Source: a virus. Taken from it: a stretch of DNA of 64,000 nucleotides. Location: positions 68,521-132,520 of the IMG/VR virus record IMGVR_UViG_3300010938_000004; one strand, given 5' to 3'. The notes under the pieces are model-generated. The model was not told where the DNA came from and made no database searches. It saw only the letters and a program-made list of their open reading frames with translations. Positions 39,292 through 48,279 of the stretch are shown here, in pieces (the first letter of the stretch is position 1; each line of letters begins with the position of its first letter). A program made the position numbers and the translations under genes.

Positions 39292-39578
39292 GCAAGTATG
39301 AGGGAAATCACGGCCGGTACGACGCAAAGGGCGTGCCGATTGTCGTTGCTCGTGACGTATTGATGGGGAAGCAGTGCTCTCAGTGCTCGGGGTCAAAAAG
39401 GACGACCGAGATAGTGTGCTGTAGGAAGTATAGTTACGACGGCTGCTGCTGTGGCGAGGCGGTGGAGGAAGAAGTCAATTGTGGCTGCGGCCTAGCCCTC
39501 GAACAGGTTTGCCAGAGCCTGTGTGACGCCGCTCGCAAATTCGTGGCGACAATCCAGCAGAAGGATGATGGGGGATGA
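39288..39578 (+). CDS. Cys-rich hypothetical protein
   Basis: Coupled ORF. Confidence 0.6.
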   Translation: MSKYEGNHGRYDAKGVPIVVARDVLMGKQCSQCSGSKRTTEIVCCRKYSYDGCCCGEAVEEEVNCGCGLALEQVCQSLCDAARKFVATIQQKDDGG

Positions 39579-40030
39579 TCCTTTCTAGCGGTGTGCGCCA
39601 GTTGCTTGATGAGCTGGGCGACGGGCCTGAGAAGTTCGTGGAGCAGCTTAAACCCAAGATCGGAGGTGCACTGCTGCGCCCCATTCCGATTGAGTTGCAG
39701 GAGAAGAAAATCGCATTTACGTCTTCTGAGCTTCATTATCAGTTTTCAGTTCCAGCCAAGGATGCCCCATTGACTGAGGCGCCTGAGGATTTGGGACTGG
39801 ACCCCGAGGAGATTCTGTACTGGCGTGAAGAATGGGCGCACGGGGCCACTTTCTTTACTTATCAAGGATACGAATAGCATCTTCAGTTGAACCACCACAA
39901 CTATGGCGAGGTGCGCAACTTTGTGGCACATGCATTTCGTAACCCTGAGACCTCACGTGTCTTAAAGTGGGTCGAAAAGCCAACACAACTGAGTAGTACT
40001 CTTTTGGCCGATACAAAGGAGCAAGGGTGA
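39575..40030 (+). pseudogene. Hypothetical gene with in-frame TAG at 39875-39877
   Basis: Frame stays open 50 codons past the TAG to a TGA overlapping the next GTG. Confidence 0.55.
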
Positions 40031-40458
40031 GGAAGCTCAATATTACCGTCTACATGAAGGATAGCCCGCATCCATGGACTTACGACGAGGTTACCAATCT
40101 CTGCACCGAGGGTGGCCTCTTGCGTATCGTACATCACGATAAGAACGAGTGGCTTCCGATGTGTAATGTCTTCCGCATCGTGGAGAACGCGCGCTGCGAT
40201 GTCGGCGGTCGCTTGTTTGATCCAACTGGCGGCTATTTGGTGGAACAAAAAACAGCAGGCGGGGCGGCGGTGTGGTACACCTATAACTCCTTCCCCAGGT
40301 ACCTGACCTTTGATACGACCGAAGAGGCTATCAAATGGCAGGAGCGCTTTCTGAAGACTCACGCCAAGAGGGATGGTTGGTGGATTGATGCGATTACTGG
40401 TCCGATTTATTTCATTTCTCAGGACCACCTCCTTGGAAGCCTCTCGGACGCCGACTGA
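40027..40458 (+). CDS. Hypothetical protein
   Basis: SD AAGGAG. Confidence 0.65.
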   Translation: MRKLNITVYMKDSPHPWTYDEVTNLCTEGGLLRIVHHDKNEWLPMCNVFRIVENARCDVGGRLFDPTGGYLVEQKTAGGAAVWYTYNSFPRYLTFDTTEEAIKWQERFLKTHAKRDGWWIDAITGPIYFISQDHLLGSLSDAD

Positions 40459-40481
40459 CGGTTCGAGGGTAAGATCGGAGT

Positions 40482-41021
40482 GTGGTAACCGCGTCCTTGA
40501 TTATCGTGTTCCTGGTCGTTCATCTGCTGGGCTATGTGGTCCCATATGATTGGTTCTTGTTTTACCCAGAACCGCGGGTTGATTCAGCCAAGTGGTGGGT
40601 ATCGTTGATTTCTCATCAGTTCGCTCATATCAACTTGGATCATATGGCCGGCAATGTGGTCTCGATGTTTGCCTTCAGCCTCTACCTTGAGTGCGCCGTC
40701 GGCAAGATGAAGACCTTGGCGATCTATCTAGTCAGCGGCTTAGTGGCCGCTCTCACTTTCGCTATTAATGACCCAGGCCTCTCCCTAATCGGCGCGTCTG
40801 GCGCCATCTCTGGGGTTCAAGTGGCTGCCCTGATGTGCCTAAGGGCCCACAGGCCGTTCCTCGCGTCCTTCATGGTTTGCATGCTTATCTACATGGAAGT
40901 AACAACCCTGGCATCGTCCATACTCAGCTTTCGCCCCACCAACATAGCCTATTGGGCACATTTCGGCGGATACCTCTCTGGGCTATTCCTGTCGGCGTGG
41001 ACCACAGAAGATAAGCTCTGA
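40482..41021 (+). CDS. Rhomboid intramembrane serine protease
   Basis: HQFAH..H..GN, GASG, AHFGG; 6 TM. Confidence 0.9.
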   Translation: MVTASLIIVFLVVHLLGYVVPYDWFLFYPEPRVDSAKWWVSLISHQFAHINLDHMAGNVVSMFAFSLYLECAVGKMKTLAIYLVSGLVAALTFAINDPGLSLIGASGAISGVQVAALMCLRAHRPFLASFMVCMLIYMEVTTLASSILSFRPTNIAYWAHFGGYLSGLFLSAWTTEDKL

Positions 41022-41089
41022 CCAGACAGTGATAGCATCTTCTCCTGTTGCAAGTGGCCTTTGCGCCGCAAACTTAAGGAGTTGAATGT

Positions 41090-41578
41090 ATGGCCCTCTC
41101 TAGTCGTTTCAAGACGAATCTCGGTTTCGCACTTATGGGTAAGCGCTACATGCAGGAGCTGCTCGATTACCTCGACAGCATTCTGAAGCCCAGCACCACA
41201 ATCACGGTTACCGCCGCGGAGATGGACACGCTTAACGCGACGCCCAAGGTCATTTTGGCCGCTCCGGGAGCCGGCAAGGCGATCCTGGTCGAGTCGGTTG
41301 AAGTTCAGGTGGTGGTGGGTGTCACGCCGTTCGAGCTTGGCTCGGGCGTGCTTGAAGTTCGCTACACGGACGGTTCGGGCGCTAAGGCGTCTGCGGATAT
41401 CCCGAATGCGACGGTCGAGTCAGCCACGAATGCTTCGTATCGCGCAGTTGCGGCTTCTTGCGCGCCGGTTGCGAATGCGGCTATCGTTCTGTGCGCGTCG
41501 TCTGACGTTACGGCTGGTGATGGTTCGGTGAAAATCCGGTTGAAGTACCGGGTCATCAAGACCGACCTGAGCGACTGA
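41090..41578 (+). CDS. Putative virion (head decoration-like) protein
   Basis: Own promoter, strong SD, terminator, MCP-like codon usage. Confidence 0.55.
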   Translation: MALSSRFKTNLGFALMGKRYMQELLDYLDSILKPSTTITVTAAEMDTLNATPKVILAAPGAGKAILVESVEVQVVVGVTPFELGSGVLEVRYTDGSGAKASADIPNATVESATNASYRAVAASCAPVANAAIVLCASSDVTAGDGSVKIRLKYRVIKTDLSD

Positions 41579-41602
41579 GCTTAGTTGCTCTTCTTTTTTA
41601 CA

Positions 41603-41642
41603 GGACCCCGCCCGGTTAGCGCCGGTGCGGGGTTTTGTTTTT
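41603..41642 (+). terminator. Rho-independent terminator
   Basis: ACCCCGCCCGG-TTAGCG-CCGGTGCGGGGT-TTTGTTTTT. Confidence 0.85.
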
Positions 41643-41787
41643 CACACGACCGAAACAGATGGTATTGGTAGTACATAAAGGCCAAGCCCGCGACTAGGTG
41701 TACTCCCCACCATCCCGGCCTGGACAAGATCGACGCACCACGATGAGACCCCACGCGATGGTCATGGCATTAAGTATGCAATTAGAT

Positions 41788-42294
41788 TCATGGAATTTCC
41801 CTTAGGCTTGGGTCAGGGTTGAACAACTCTTTCACCAACCGCGGCCACTCGTCCTCGTTGTATTCGTCGGCTGTGTGCATTATAGGCTCCATCAGCGAGC
41901 TGAGCCGCTCCTTTTGTTCGACGTGGCCACGGTTCAGCATGCAATGCCCAGCTTCGTGGTAGAACAGCGCCAGGCGCATTACATCTGCGTCTTGTCCTTC
42001 ACCCAGGCCCTCCCAGTAAGACCTCTTGATGTATACGACACGAGAGCGTCCAGATTGTACACAGAGTCCCACTGCTCTTTCTTTGAATGCGGAGTCTGCG
42101 GCCATGTGAAAACTCGTGGGGCTAAGCATGGCCTCCACCAGCCCATTCTCGTATGCGTCCTCTCTGAAGGCCCTCAGGGCCTCCTGCAGAGGCGCTTCAG
42201 CCCATGTGCGCCCGGTATGAGTGACTTGACAGGCCCCCAGGAAGGCCGCGATGGACCACACTGCGGTGGCATATAGGATGGCACTCGTTCTCAT
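41788..42294 (-). CDS. Lipoprotein zincin metalloprotease
   Basis: Lipobox LGAC; HEAGHCMLNRGH; SLM Met-turn; start probably ATG 42294. Confidence 0.75.
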   Translation of the reverse strand: MRTSAILYATAVWSIAAFLGACQVTHTGRTWAEAPLQEALRAFREDAYENGLVEAMLSPTSFHMAADSAFKERAVGLCVQSGRSRVVYIKRSYWEGLGEGQDADVMRLALFYHEAGHCMLNRGHVEQKERLSSLMEPIMHTADEYNEDEWPRLVKELFNPDPSLREIP

Positions 42295-42353
42295 GGGTAA
42301 AATCCTCTCATTTTTGACACAATATGTCAATGCCGCTTGTGTATTATGACGCG

Positions 42354-42495
42354 TGGTAGCCTACGGATGACGGTAGGGCCTCCAGAGCTAGAGAGAACCA
42401 ATGCGGCTGGTTCACGAGTTTAGCTCCTCGTGGGCGCATGACGTGAATGCACCTGATGTCAGGTAGCCGCCACTGCTTCTGTAGGCTACCATTTT
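42354..42495 (+). ncRNA. Candidate multibranched ncRNA (~140 nt)
   Basis: 14-bp closing stem TGGTAGCCTACGGA/TCTGTAGGCTACCA, several inner stems, TATTAT 6 nt upstream, TTTT after. Confidence 0.55.
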
Positions 42496-42504
42496 GGAGA
42501 TTGC

Positions 42505-42786
42505 ATGCCCAAGAAGCCTAAGAAAAAACGACACGCGCAGTTCGTGGTGATCTCTGCGAATAGACTTCGAGCCTTGAAGCTGGGCCTCAAGCAAATTAAC
42601 CAAGACAACACATTCCTCAGGAATCAGAAAGACCAGCTGCTGGAAGATCGGCGCAAGTATCGCGCATTTGTGACGCGCGAGCTTGTTCTTCAGAATAACT
42701 GCAAAGACAACGAATACTACACACCCAAGGCTGTGTGCGAGCGCCTGGCTGGGCTACTGGCTTCTGTCGAAGGGTTCGACTGGTGA
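42505..42786 (+). CDS. Hypothetical protein
   Basis: SD GGAG, 93 aa. Confidence 0.6.
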   Translation: MPKKPKKKRHAQFVVISANRLRALKLGLKQINQDNTFLRNQKDQLLEDRRKYRAFVTRELVLQNNCKDNEYYTPKAVCERLAGLLASVEGFDW

Positions 42787-42968
42787 AGTTCAAAGTCACA
42801 GACTGGCATTTTGGTATGTTAATTTTGCTTGGGACCATCCTAGGCCTGACTGCCTTTGCGTGGACGCCTCGGATGGACCGCGTGTTCGTAGGTTCCGTGT
42901 CTTTCGTGCTGGTTGGCCTGGTGGCCGCCGCAGTATTGTTTACCGCCGCTAGCTGCACCCGTAGATGA
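42783..42968 (+). CDS. Small 2-TM membrane protein
   Basis: GTGA-coupled start, two hydrophobic helices. Confidence 0.55.
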   Translation: MKFKVTDWHFGMLILLGTILGLTAFAWTPRMDRVFVGSVSFVLVGLVAAAVLFTAASCTRR

Positions 42969-43141
42969 AGTCAAAGAGAGAAAATAATCCTCAGGCTCAC
43001 AAGAAGATCTATTGGCAAGAAGTGGCCAAGGAGACCGGTCGGTGCAGTACCTGCCCGCCTCACGGCGGCGAGAACGCTCGGATTTCTCGCAAGGGGAAGT
43101 ACGGCAAGACCAAGCCGAAGTACAAGAACAGGCGAGCCTAA
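42965..43141 (+). CDS. Small basic CxxC-PPH protein (58 aa, absent from ORF track)
   Basis: MKSKRENNPQAHKKIYWQEVAKETGRCSTCPPHGGENARISRKGKYGKTKPKYKNRRA; ATGA-coupled. Confidence 0.6.
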   Translation: MKSKRENNPQAHKKIYWQEVAKETGRCSTCPPHGGENARISRKGKYGKTKPKYKNRRA

Positions 43142-43159
43142 CCCAGGGAGTCGTTGGGG

Positions 43160-43387
43160 TCATGCCGCCCCTGCTCGCTCATTGGCTTGGGCCAAGGCTT
43201 CTTTCATGTCGCGCACAAACCAGACGTCGTATCGATCGTGCTGTTTGTCGGTCCAGTAGGACACAAGCTTTGCCAATCGAACTTCGGCGGCATCCTGGCT
43301 CTCTCGCGACGGCAGAAACCCCTGCTCGGAGATGAATTTCAGGGCCGCCATCTTATCCTTGATCTTTTTGAGGCTGCGAAACTTCAT
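43160..43387 (-). CDS. Hypothetical protein
   Basis: Coupled ORF in minus-strand operon. Confidence 0.55.
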   Translation of the reverse strand: MKFRSLKKIKDKMAALKFISEQGFLPSRESQDAAEVRLAKLVSYWTDKQHDRYDVWFVRDMKEALAQANERAGAA

Positions 43388-44211
43388 GGTTGCTTTCTTT
43401 CTTCTTTCGGTAGTGCTTTGCGTGCTTCATCCGCGAATTCTTTGTAGGCCTTGATGAAGAAGGCGGCGTCGATGTTCTTCCCATGCTGCTGGACCGCCAG
43501 TGACACACCCTCCAGCTGGTTTGCCGCCGCCCGCACTGCCTCTTGCAGTTCTTGAACCTTGTGCACTAGGGCCAAGACCAGGTTGTCGCCGGCCAGATTG
43601 CGCCATTCGTTGCCGTAGCGCAGCGCCTCGAATCGAAAGTCTTCCTTGCCGCTTGCCAGCACGATGGTGTATTTGCCGTCCGCCAGCTCAAGCTCGTAGC
43701 GCTCCGCCTGGCCCTTGCCCCGGGGGGCAGACTCATCCTTCTCCTGCTGTAAGTCGAGCAGGCTCTTGGCTTGCGCCAGAAGATCTGGTGGAATCTTGCC
43801 GCTCATCATGGCCTGGACTGCAATCTGTCGCAGGAGGTCTTTGGTCGCTGATTCGTACGAGCCTTGGGTGGCCTGCTGAAATCGCACCAGCCCTTCAAGC
43901 CCGTGGTGAACTTCGCCATCATCTGTCGAGTAGTAGGAGGCATGAACCGAGAACTCCTCCTTGACCTCGGAGATTAGCTCTCCGAAGTAGATGACTGATT
44001 CTGGCGTGCAGAAGTACGCGAAGGACACGTTGAGGTCGTCCTGGTCTACCCAGATGAGCGCCGTGGAGCTTTCCGCCTCGGTCTCGGGGTTCGTTACGAT
44101 GAGTTCCGCATGTTCCGAGTCGCGCACCAAGAGCCTCATTTTCAGGTTTTCGTCCGAGTTCTTTGAGAATGTCTCTTGGAGACGCAGCAATAAAATATTG
44201 GGCTGAGTCAT
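43384..44211 (-). CDS. Hypothetical two-domain protein
   Basis: 275 aa, coupled. Confidence 0.65.
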   Translation of the reverse strand: MTQPNILLLRLQETFSKNSDENLKMRLLVRDSEHAELIVTNPETEAESSTALIWVDQDDLNVSFAYFCTPESVIYFGELISEVKEEFSVHASYYSTDDGEVHHGLEGLVRFQQATQGSYESATKDLLRQIAVQAMMSGKIPPDLLAQAKSLLDLQQEKDESAPRGKGQAERYELELADGKYTIVLASGKEDFRFEALRYGNEWRNLAGDNLVLALVHKVQELQEAVRAAANQLEGVSLAVQQHGKNIDAAFFIKAYKEFADEARKALPKEERKQP

Positions 44212-45245
44212 GATTTTGAATTTCCGTATTTCTTCTTCACATCAATGCCCGTGATCTCGAAAAAGATCTTGGCATCGAAGTGCGGAAGGTCGGTGAATGC
44301 CTTTCGAGCCGTGTCGCTCGCATTGACCCAAAAATTTAGCCACGCTTCCTTGTAAGGAAGCGACTTGAGGTAGCCGCCCGTCACTTCGTGTTTCGGATTC
44401 GCTGCCTTCTCGGCGTCACTCATGTCGCAGGAAGCAACCCACTCCGTGAGGACGATATGATGCGCCAGCGCAGCTTGAATCCGAGGATCTTCCCACCGCA
44501 GCTTGGTCTCTTTGTTGAATAGTCTGACGGAAGGCTTATCGGTGTTAAAGATGCCGCTGTTTCGGTCGCCGCTGTTCCAGTAGCCGCTGTTCCGGTCGCC
44601 GCTGTTCCCGTGGCCGCTGTTCCCGTGGCCGCTGTTCCCGTGGCCGCTGTTCCCGTCGCCGCTGTTCCAGTGGCCGCTGTTCCGGTCGCCGCTGTTCCGG
44701 TCGCCGCCGTTCCAGCGGCCGCTGTTCCCGTGGCCGCTGTTCCAGTGGCCGCTGTTCCGGTAGCCGCTGTTCCAGTGGCCGCTGTTCCGGTCGCCGCTGT
44801 TCCAGCGGCCGCTGTTCCCGTCGCCGCTGTTCCGGTCGCCGCTGTTCCCGTGGCCGCTGTTCCAGTGGCCGCTGTTCCGGTCGCCGCTGTTCCCGTCGCC
44901 GCCGTTCTTCAGCCCCGCATTGGCGGTTCCTTGATTGACCAATCTGAGTAACTCGTCGCGACTGATTTCTCGAAGGATTTTGATCTTAGACGTGACGCTT
45001 TTGTCGTCGGTGGATTGGACTTCCCCCAAAGCCTCGATCTCGCAAACCCGAGTCTCCGGCGCAAACTGATAGTAGTTAAAGACGTCGGCGGCGCTGAGGC
45101 AGAAATGAAATCCGTTTTTGCACAGCTCCAGTGCGCCTTTGACGGCATACGTTTTTCCAACTTTGAATTGGAAATCTCGACACTTCAATTCCTTAGTAAA
45201 GGCTTTGAAGCCCGTGATGCACTTTGATTTTTTTGCGACCCTCAT
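44208..45245 (-). CDS. Phage pentapeptide-repeat (NSGxx) protein with conserved N- and C-terminal domains
   Basis: GFKAF...CRDFQF.VG...LCKNGFHFC head; 23 NSGxx repeats; LPHFDAKIFFEITGI tail. Confidence 0.9.
   Translation of the reverse strand: MRVAKKSKCITGFKAFTKELKCRDFQFKVGKTYAVKGALELCKNGFHFCLSAADVFNYYQFAPETRVCEIEALGEVQSTDDKSVTSKIKILREISRDELLRLVNQGTANAGLKNGGDGNSGDRNSGHWNSGHGNSGDRNSGDGNSGRWNSGDRNSGHWNSGYRNSGHWNSGHGNSGRWNGGDRNSGDRNSGHWNSGDGNSGHGNSGHGNSGHGNSGDRNSGYWNSGDRNSGIFNTDKPSVRLFNKETKLRWEDPRIQAALAHHIVLTEWVASCDMSDAEKAANPKHEVTGGYLKSLPYKEAWLNFWVNASDTARKAFTDLPHFDAKIFFEITGIDVKKKYGNSKS
44553..44906 (-). repeat. 23x 15-bp variable tandem repeat AAC AGC GGC NRC NGG
   Basis: Read unit by unit. 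Confidence 0.95.
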
Positions 45246-45586
45246 TCTTCACTCCGATTTAGTTCGCGCTGTTCCCGCCGAGCGACGGCTGCGTCGTCCA
45301 AGAGCCGAGCTTCTTGGCCAAGTTTTTTGCGAACGAAGCCCACCACGGACGACCAGAAGCCGATGTCCTGAGAGGTTCGGGCGTTTTTCAAGCTATTCTG
45401 GGCGACGCGGTACTGTTCGTTGAGACCCATCTTGGCCGAACCTTCCACCCATTGGAGCGGGTTAACGCGGAGCATATGGCGAAGTCGCTGAGTATTGCAC
45501 TTGGCGTGGTTGATCATGAGTTTCCTTCCTATGTGCAGTTTGACCAGTTTGTCGGCTTGCGTCAAGGAATTTTGATGGGTCACCAA
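45242..45586 (-). CDS. Hypothetical protein
   Basis: Coupled ORF. Confidence 0.55.
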   Translation of the reverse strand: MVTHQNSLTQADKLVKLHIGRKLMINHAKCNTQRLRHMLRVNPLQWVEGSAKMGLNEQYRVAQNSLKNARTSQDIGFWSSVVGFVRKKLGQEARLLDDAAVARREQRELNRSEE

Positions 45587-46179
45587 CCGGAGTAGTCAGA
45601 TTTTCCTTTGAGCTTCTCTGCTGCTCGCGAGATTCTGGCGGCGATGCGGGAAATCGTACGTTGGTGCTTCCAGTATTCTATGACTTTGACGAGTTTGGCC
45701 TTCTCCTGGTTGTAGAACTCAGGTGGGCAGAAGCACACGAGTACGTTGGCGAAGCGCCCCGCGCCTGCGGATGGTTTACCATTGAGCCAGAAGCTAAGTC
45801 GACCCTCGATGAAGACGTATGGATACTTCTCTACGTACTGGTGCCAGACTTTGGTGTCGGTCTTGACCGGGAGTAGTGCGATGGTCCAGACGTTTCGCTC
45901 GGCCTCTTGGGCCATCTTCTTGATGAAGTCGTCCTTCTTCCCCTCTTTGCTGTACGGCGGGTTACACCATGCGTAGCCAGGCTTGCCGGCCGCGAGATAC
46001 CAGTCCGTCTTGAGCGCATCTTGCTCCTGCGTGATGAACCTGGGGCATTTGGCCGTAGAGGCCTCGGCACAGGTGTCCAGGAGGATCTCACCAAACGCGT
46101 CTTTGACGCACCGGAAGAACTCTGGGGGAGTCTCGTAGAAATCACTGTCTTTGAGGGGCTTCTTGGGCGTTTCTGACAC
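45580..46179 (-). CDS. Phage DNA N6-adenine methyltransferase (T1 Dam-like)
   Basis: ETPPEFF, LDTCA, QDAL..DW, WCNPPY, LLPVKTDT, GRL.F. Confidence 0.9.
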   Translation of the reverse strand: MSETPKKPLKDSDFYETPPEFFRCVKDAFGEILLDTCAEASTAKCPRFITQEQDALKTDWYLAAGKPGYAWCNPPYSKEGKKDDFIKKMAQEAERNVWTIALLPVKTDTKVWHQYVEKYPYVFIEGRLSFWLNGKPSAGAGRFANVLVCFCPPEFYNQEKAKLVKVIEYWKHQRTISRIAARISRAAEKLKGKSDYSGW

Positions 46180-46194
46180 TGGTTCTCCTTTGAG

Positions 46195-46653
46195 CTAGCG
46201 AGCCTCGTGGCTCTTCCACTGGCTCTCTTGGTCCCCCAGCCTGTGGCGCATGCTCTTCTCAGTTTCCGGCTGAAGGTGCAATGCCTTTGCTGCCCTTTTG
46301 TAGAAGCTCAACCAATACTCCCGTACGTAGATGTTTGGGTGTGAATAGCCAATGACCTGGGCCGCATGCATCATGTGAGTAAAGAAGTGCAGAGGCAGCT
46401 CATCCATGGAGCGCAATAGCTCGCCCACCTGCTCCGGCGTTAAAGGGCTGGTAAATTGCCCGCCGCCTAGGGTGAATGGGTCATTGTAAACTTTGCCGTC
46501 CATGGCTGATACTAGGAAGGAGCGACGCAGCCACCGCAGAATGAGCCTGGGCGGATGGTCCTTTCTGACTCCGTCTGCGCCGCGCACCGCAGATATCAAG
46601 ACAGACTGTTGCACGATAGGCAGCTTGGTTGCCCATTCTTGTAGTGTTCTCAT
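46195..46653 (-). CDS. Conserved phage hypothetical protein
   Basis: QQSVLISAVRGADG; HFFTHMMHAAQVIGY. Confidence 0.7.
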   Translation of the reverse strand: MRTLQEWATKLPIVQQSVLISAVRGADGVRKDHPPRLILRWLRRSFLVSAMDGKVYNDPFTLGGGQFTSPLTPEQVGELLRSMDELPLHFFTHMMHAAQVIGYSHPNIYVREYWLSFYKRAAKALHLQPETEKSMRHRLGDQESQWKSHEAR

Positions 46654-46864
46654 CTTTGAATCCATGCTTTGAAGAGTTTAAGGATCTCTTTGTCCGGGAT
46701 CAACCAACGCGCATACAGGGAGTTAGAGAATGCCCTCCAGATCGCCTCTACCTGACGAAGGCCGAAGCTCATGTCAGGGATTTCTTTTAAGAGAAGTTTG
46801 CGGATTTTCTTGATATCTTTTATGTTCTCCAGCTCAAGGGCCCTGGATATGTTGTGTCTCATCA
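46650..46864 (-). CDS. Hypothetical protein (start uncertain)
   Basis: Basic ORF, WRAFS..ARWL motif. Confidence 0.5.
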
Positions 46865-47313
46865 TTTTTCGACTCCTTGGATTCCTTACTTTGCAGGCGC
46901 TGCGCATGATGATACGCCTTCCAGTGGACCCAACCATCGGGCGTGTGGTATCCCCACTCTCGCGTTTTGGGACCCATGAAGGCCAAGGTGACGGTCCCGG
47001 GCTTCATCCTCACGATACTGTGTCGGTCCTTGTCTGATGCGCGGACATAGTTGAAGATGCCGCGGTAGCCAGAGCGATTTTCGTCGCCGACGAAGCGCTT
47101 TTCCCAGTATCCGCCGAACAGAATGATGGACAGGAAACTGACTGGGTGATCGTGCAGGTACGGCTCTGGGTCCGGCTTGTTGAGCCAGTGCACACAGAGC
47201 GCGCACCAGGGGGTTTTGAATAGGTGCAGGCGGGTGATGTACTCGGAGTCAACGAAGGTCCACCGCCAGAAACACCAGCCGGTGCCGGATTTGTATAGCC
47301 TGTTCTTGAACAT
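46834..47313 (-). CDS. Cupin-fold protein
   Basis: LHDHP..FLSIIL.GGYWE, HSI, TL..MGP..REWG. Confidence 0.75.
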   Translation of the reverse strand: MFKNRLYKSGTGWCFWRWTFVDSEYITRLHLFKTPWCALCVHWLNKPDPEPYLHDHPVSFLSIILFGGYWEKRFVGDENRSGYRGIFNYVRASDKDRHSIVRMKPGTVTLAFMGPKTREWGYHTPDGWVHWKAYHHAQRLQSKESKESKNDETQHIQGP

Positions 47314-47314
47314 C

Positions 47315-47809
47315 TTAGCTCTCCTGCTCGTGTTCTGTGCGGCTTACCGCGGGCTTTTGTTTCTCGTTGAGAACGCGCTTGACTAGCTCCACACCCTCTT
47401 CGATTGTCGATACTACGAAGGTGGCCATTTCGCGCACAAAGGAGTGGTCGTGGATGTTCTTGTCTTCCATGATGAGACCCACGATCTTTTGGGCTTGGTA
47501 TGCCCAAGCAAGTTCCGCCACTGAGCCTATCGACACGCGCTCTGTGCCCAGCAAGTTCGAGAATACGATGTCCGAACGGAGGGTATCGTACATGTCGCGG
47601 CGTGTAATGCCTTTTGCTGTGGAAAGCGGGTTCGGGTATTCGCCCGAGTGGATTGCCCCTACGCCCAGCAGGTAGTCCTTGCCGCGCAAGGGGTCCAAGG
47701 TTTCCACCTTGTCTGAGTCCAGGGCTGCTTTCACTTTTTCTCGCCATGAGCTGGCGCCCTGCAACGTCAAGCCAGTGATGGGTCCACACAGGTATACGTA
47801 GCGTTTCAT
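47315..47809 (-). CDS. Nucleoside 2-deoxyribosyltransferase/N-glycosidase family protein
   Basis: VYLCGPITG, TRRD, SD, SIGSVAELAWA. Confidence 0.85.
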   Translation of the reverse strand: MKRYVYLCGPITGLTLQGASSWREKVKAALDSDKVETLDPLRGKDYLLGVGAIHSGEYPNPLSTAKGITRRDMYDTLRSDIVFSNLLGTERVSIGSVAELAWAYQAQKIVGLIMEDKNIHDHSFVREMATFVVSTIEEGVELVKRVLNEKQKPAVSRTEHEQES

Positions 47810-48279
47810 CGGTACTCCTCCAGTATGGTCAGATTTAGCATCGCAAGTGCCTTACCCGCGTCTTTCACGATGTTTGGCACTTCTTGATCCAAGGAAACGT
47901 GCTTGGGCAGATTCAAAGAGACCTGCTCTATGGTGAGGTGCAGCAGCTGGGAAAGCTCTTTTTCGTGGCCTTGGCCCCAGTGGGTATTTATGATTGCATG
48001 GTCGGCTGCGAAGATGGCCACGCATTCTTCTCGTAGATTCAGATAAGTGGCTAGCGCTCTAGACGTCCAAGGCCTTGCGAGTCGGCGAGGACTGCCGGTG
48101 GCATGCGCCACTTCGTGTATGGCTACGAATAATAGGGCCGATTCTGAGGTGTAGCTGTTGCTGTCGCCTAAGAAGATGCTATTGCGGATGTCGTCGTAGT
48201 AGGGGATTCTAGCTATAGGATTGCTCTCTATAAGAGCAAGAGGCTGCGACCAGTGAGGCGTCAATGCATGGACCATCAC
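47806..48279 (-). CDS. Zincin-like metallopeptidase (ArdC/MPTase-like)
   Basis: YY..RNSIFL, HEVAHATG..RL.R, EECVA. Confidence 0.65.
   Translation of the reverse strand: MMVHALTPHWSQPLALIESNPIARIPYYDDIRNSIFLGDSNSYTSESALLFVAIHEVAHATGSPRRLARPWTSRALATYLNLREECVAIFAADHAIINTHWGQGHEKELSQLLHLTIEQVSLNLPKHVSLDQEVPNIVKDAGKALAMLNLTILEEYR

Noticed and set aside
42355-42491. tRNA (GGTAGCC/GGCTACCA acceptor-like stem)
   Set aside because: No TTCRA T-loop or anticodon arm; stem is 14 bp and the element is too long
44208-45245. Complete diversity-generating retroelement
   Set aside because: No reverse transcriptase, Avd or separate template repeat in the window; only the variation pattern is reported
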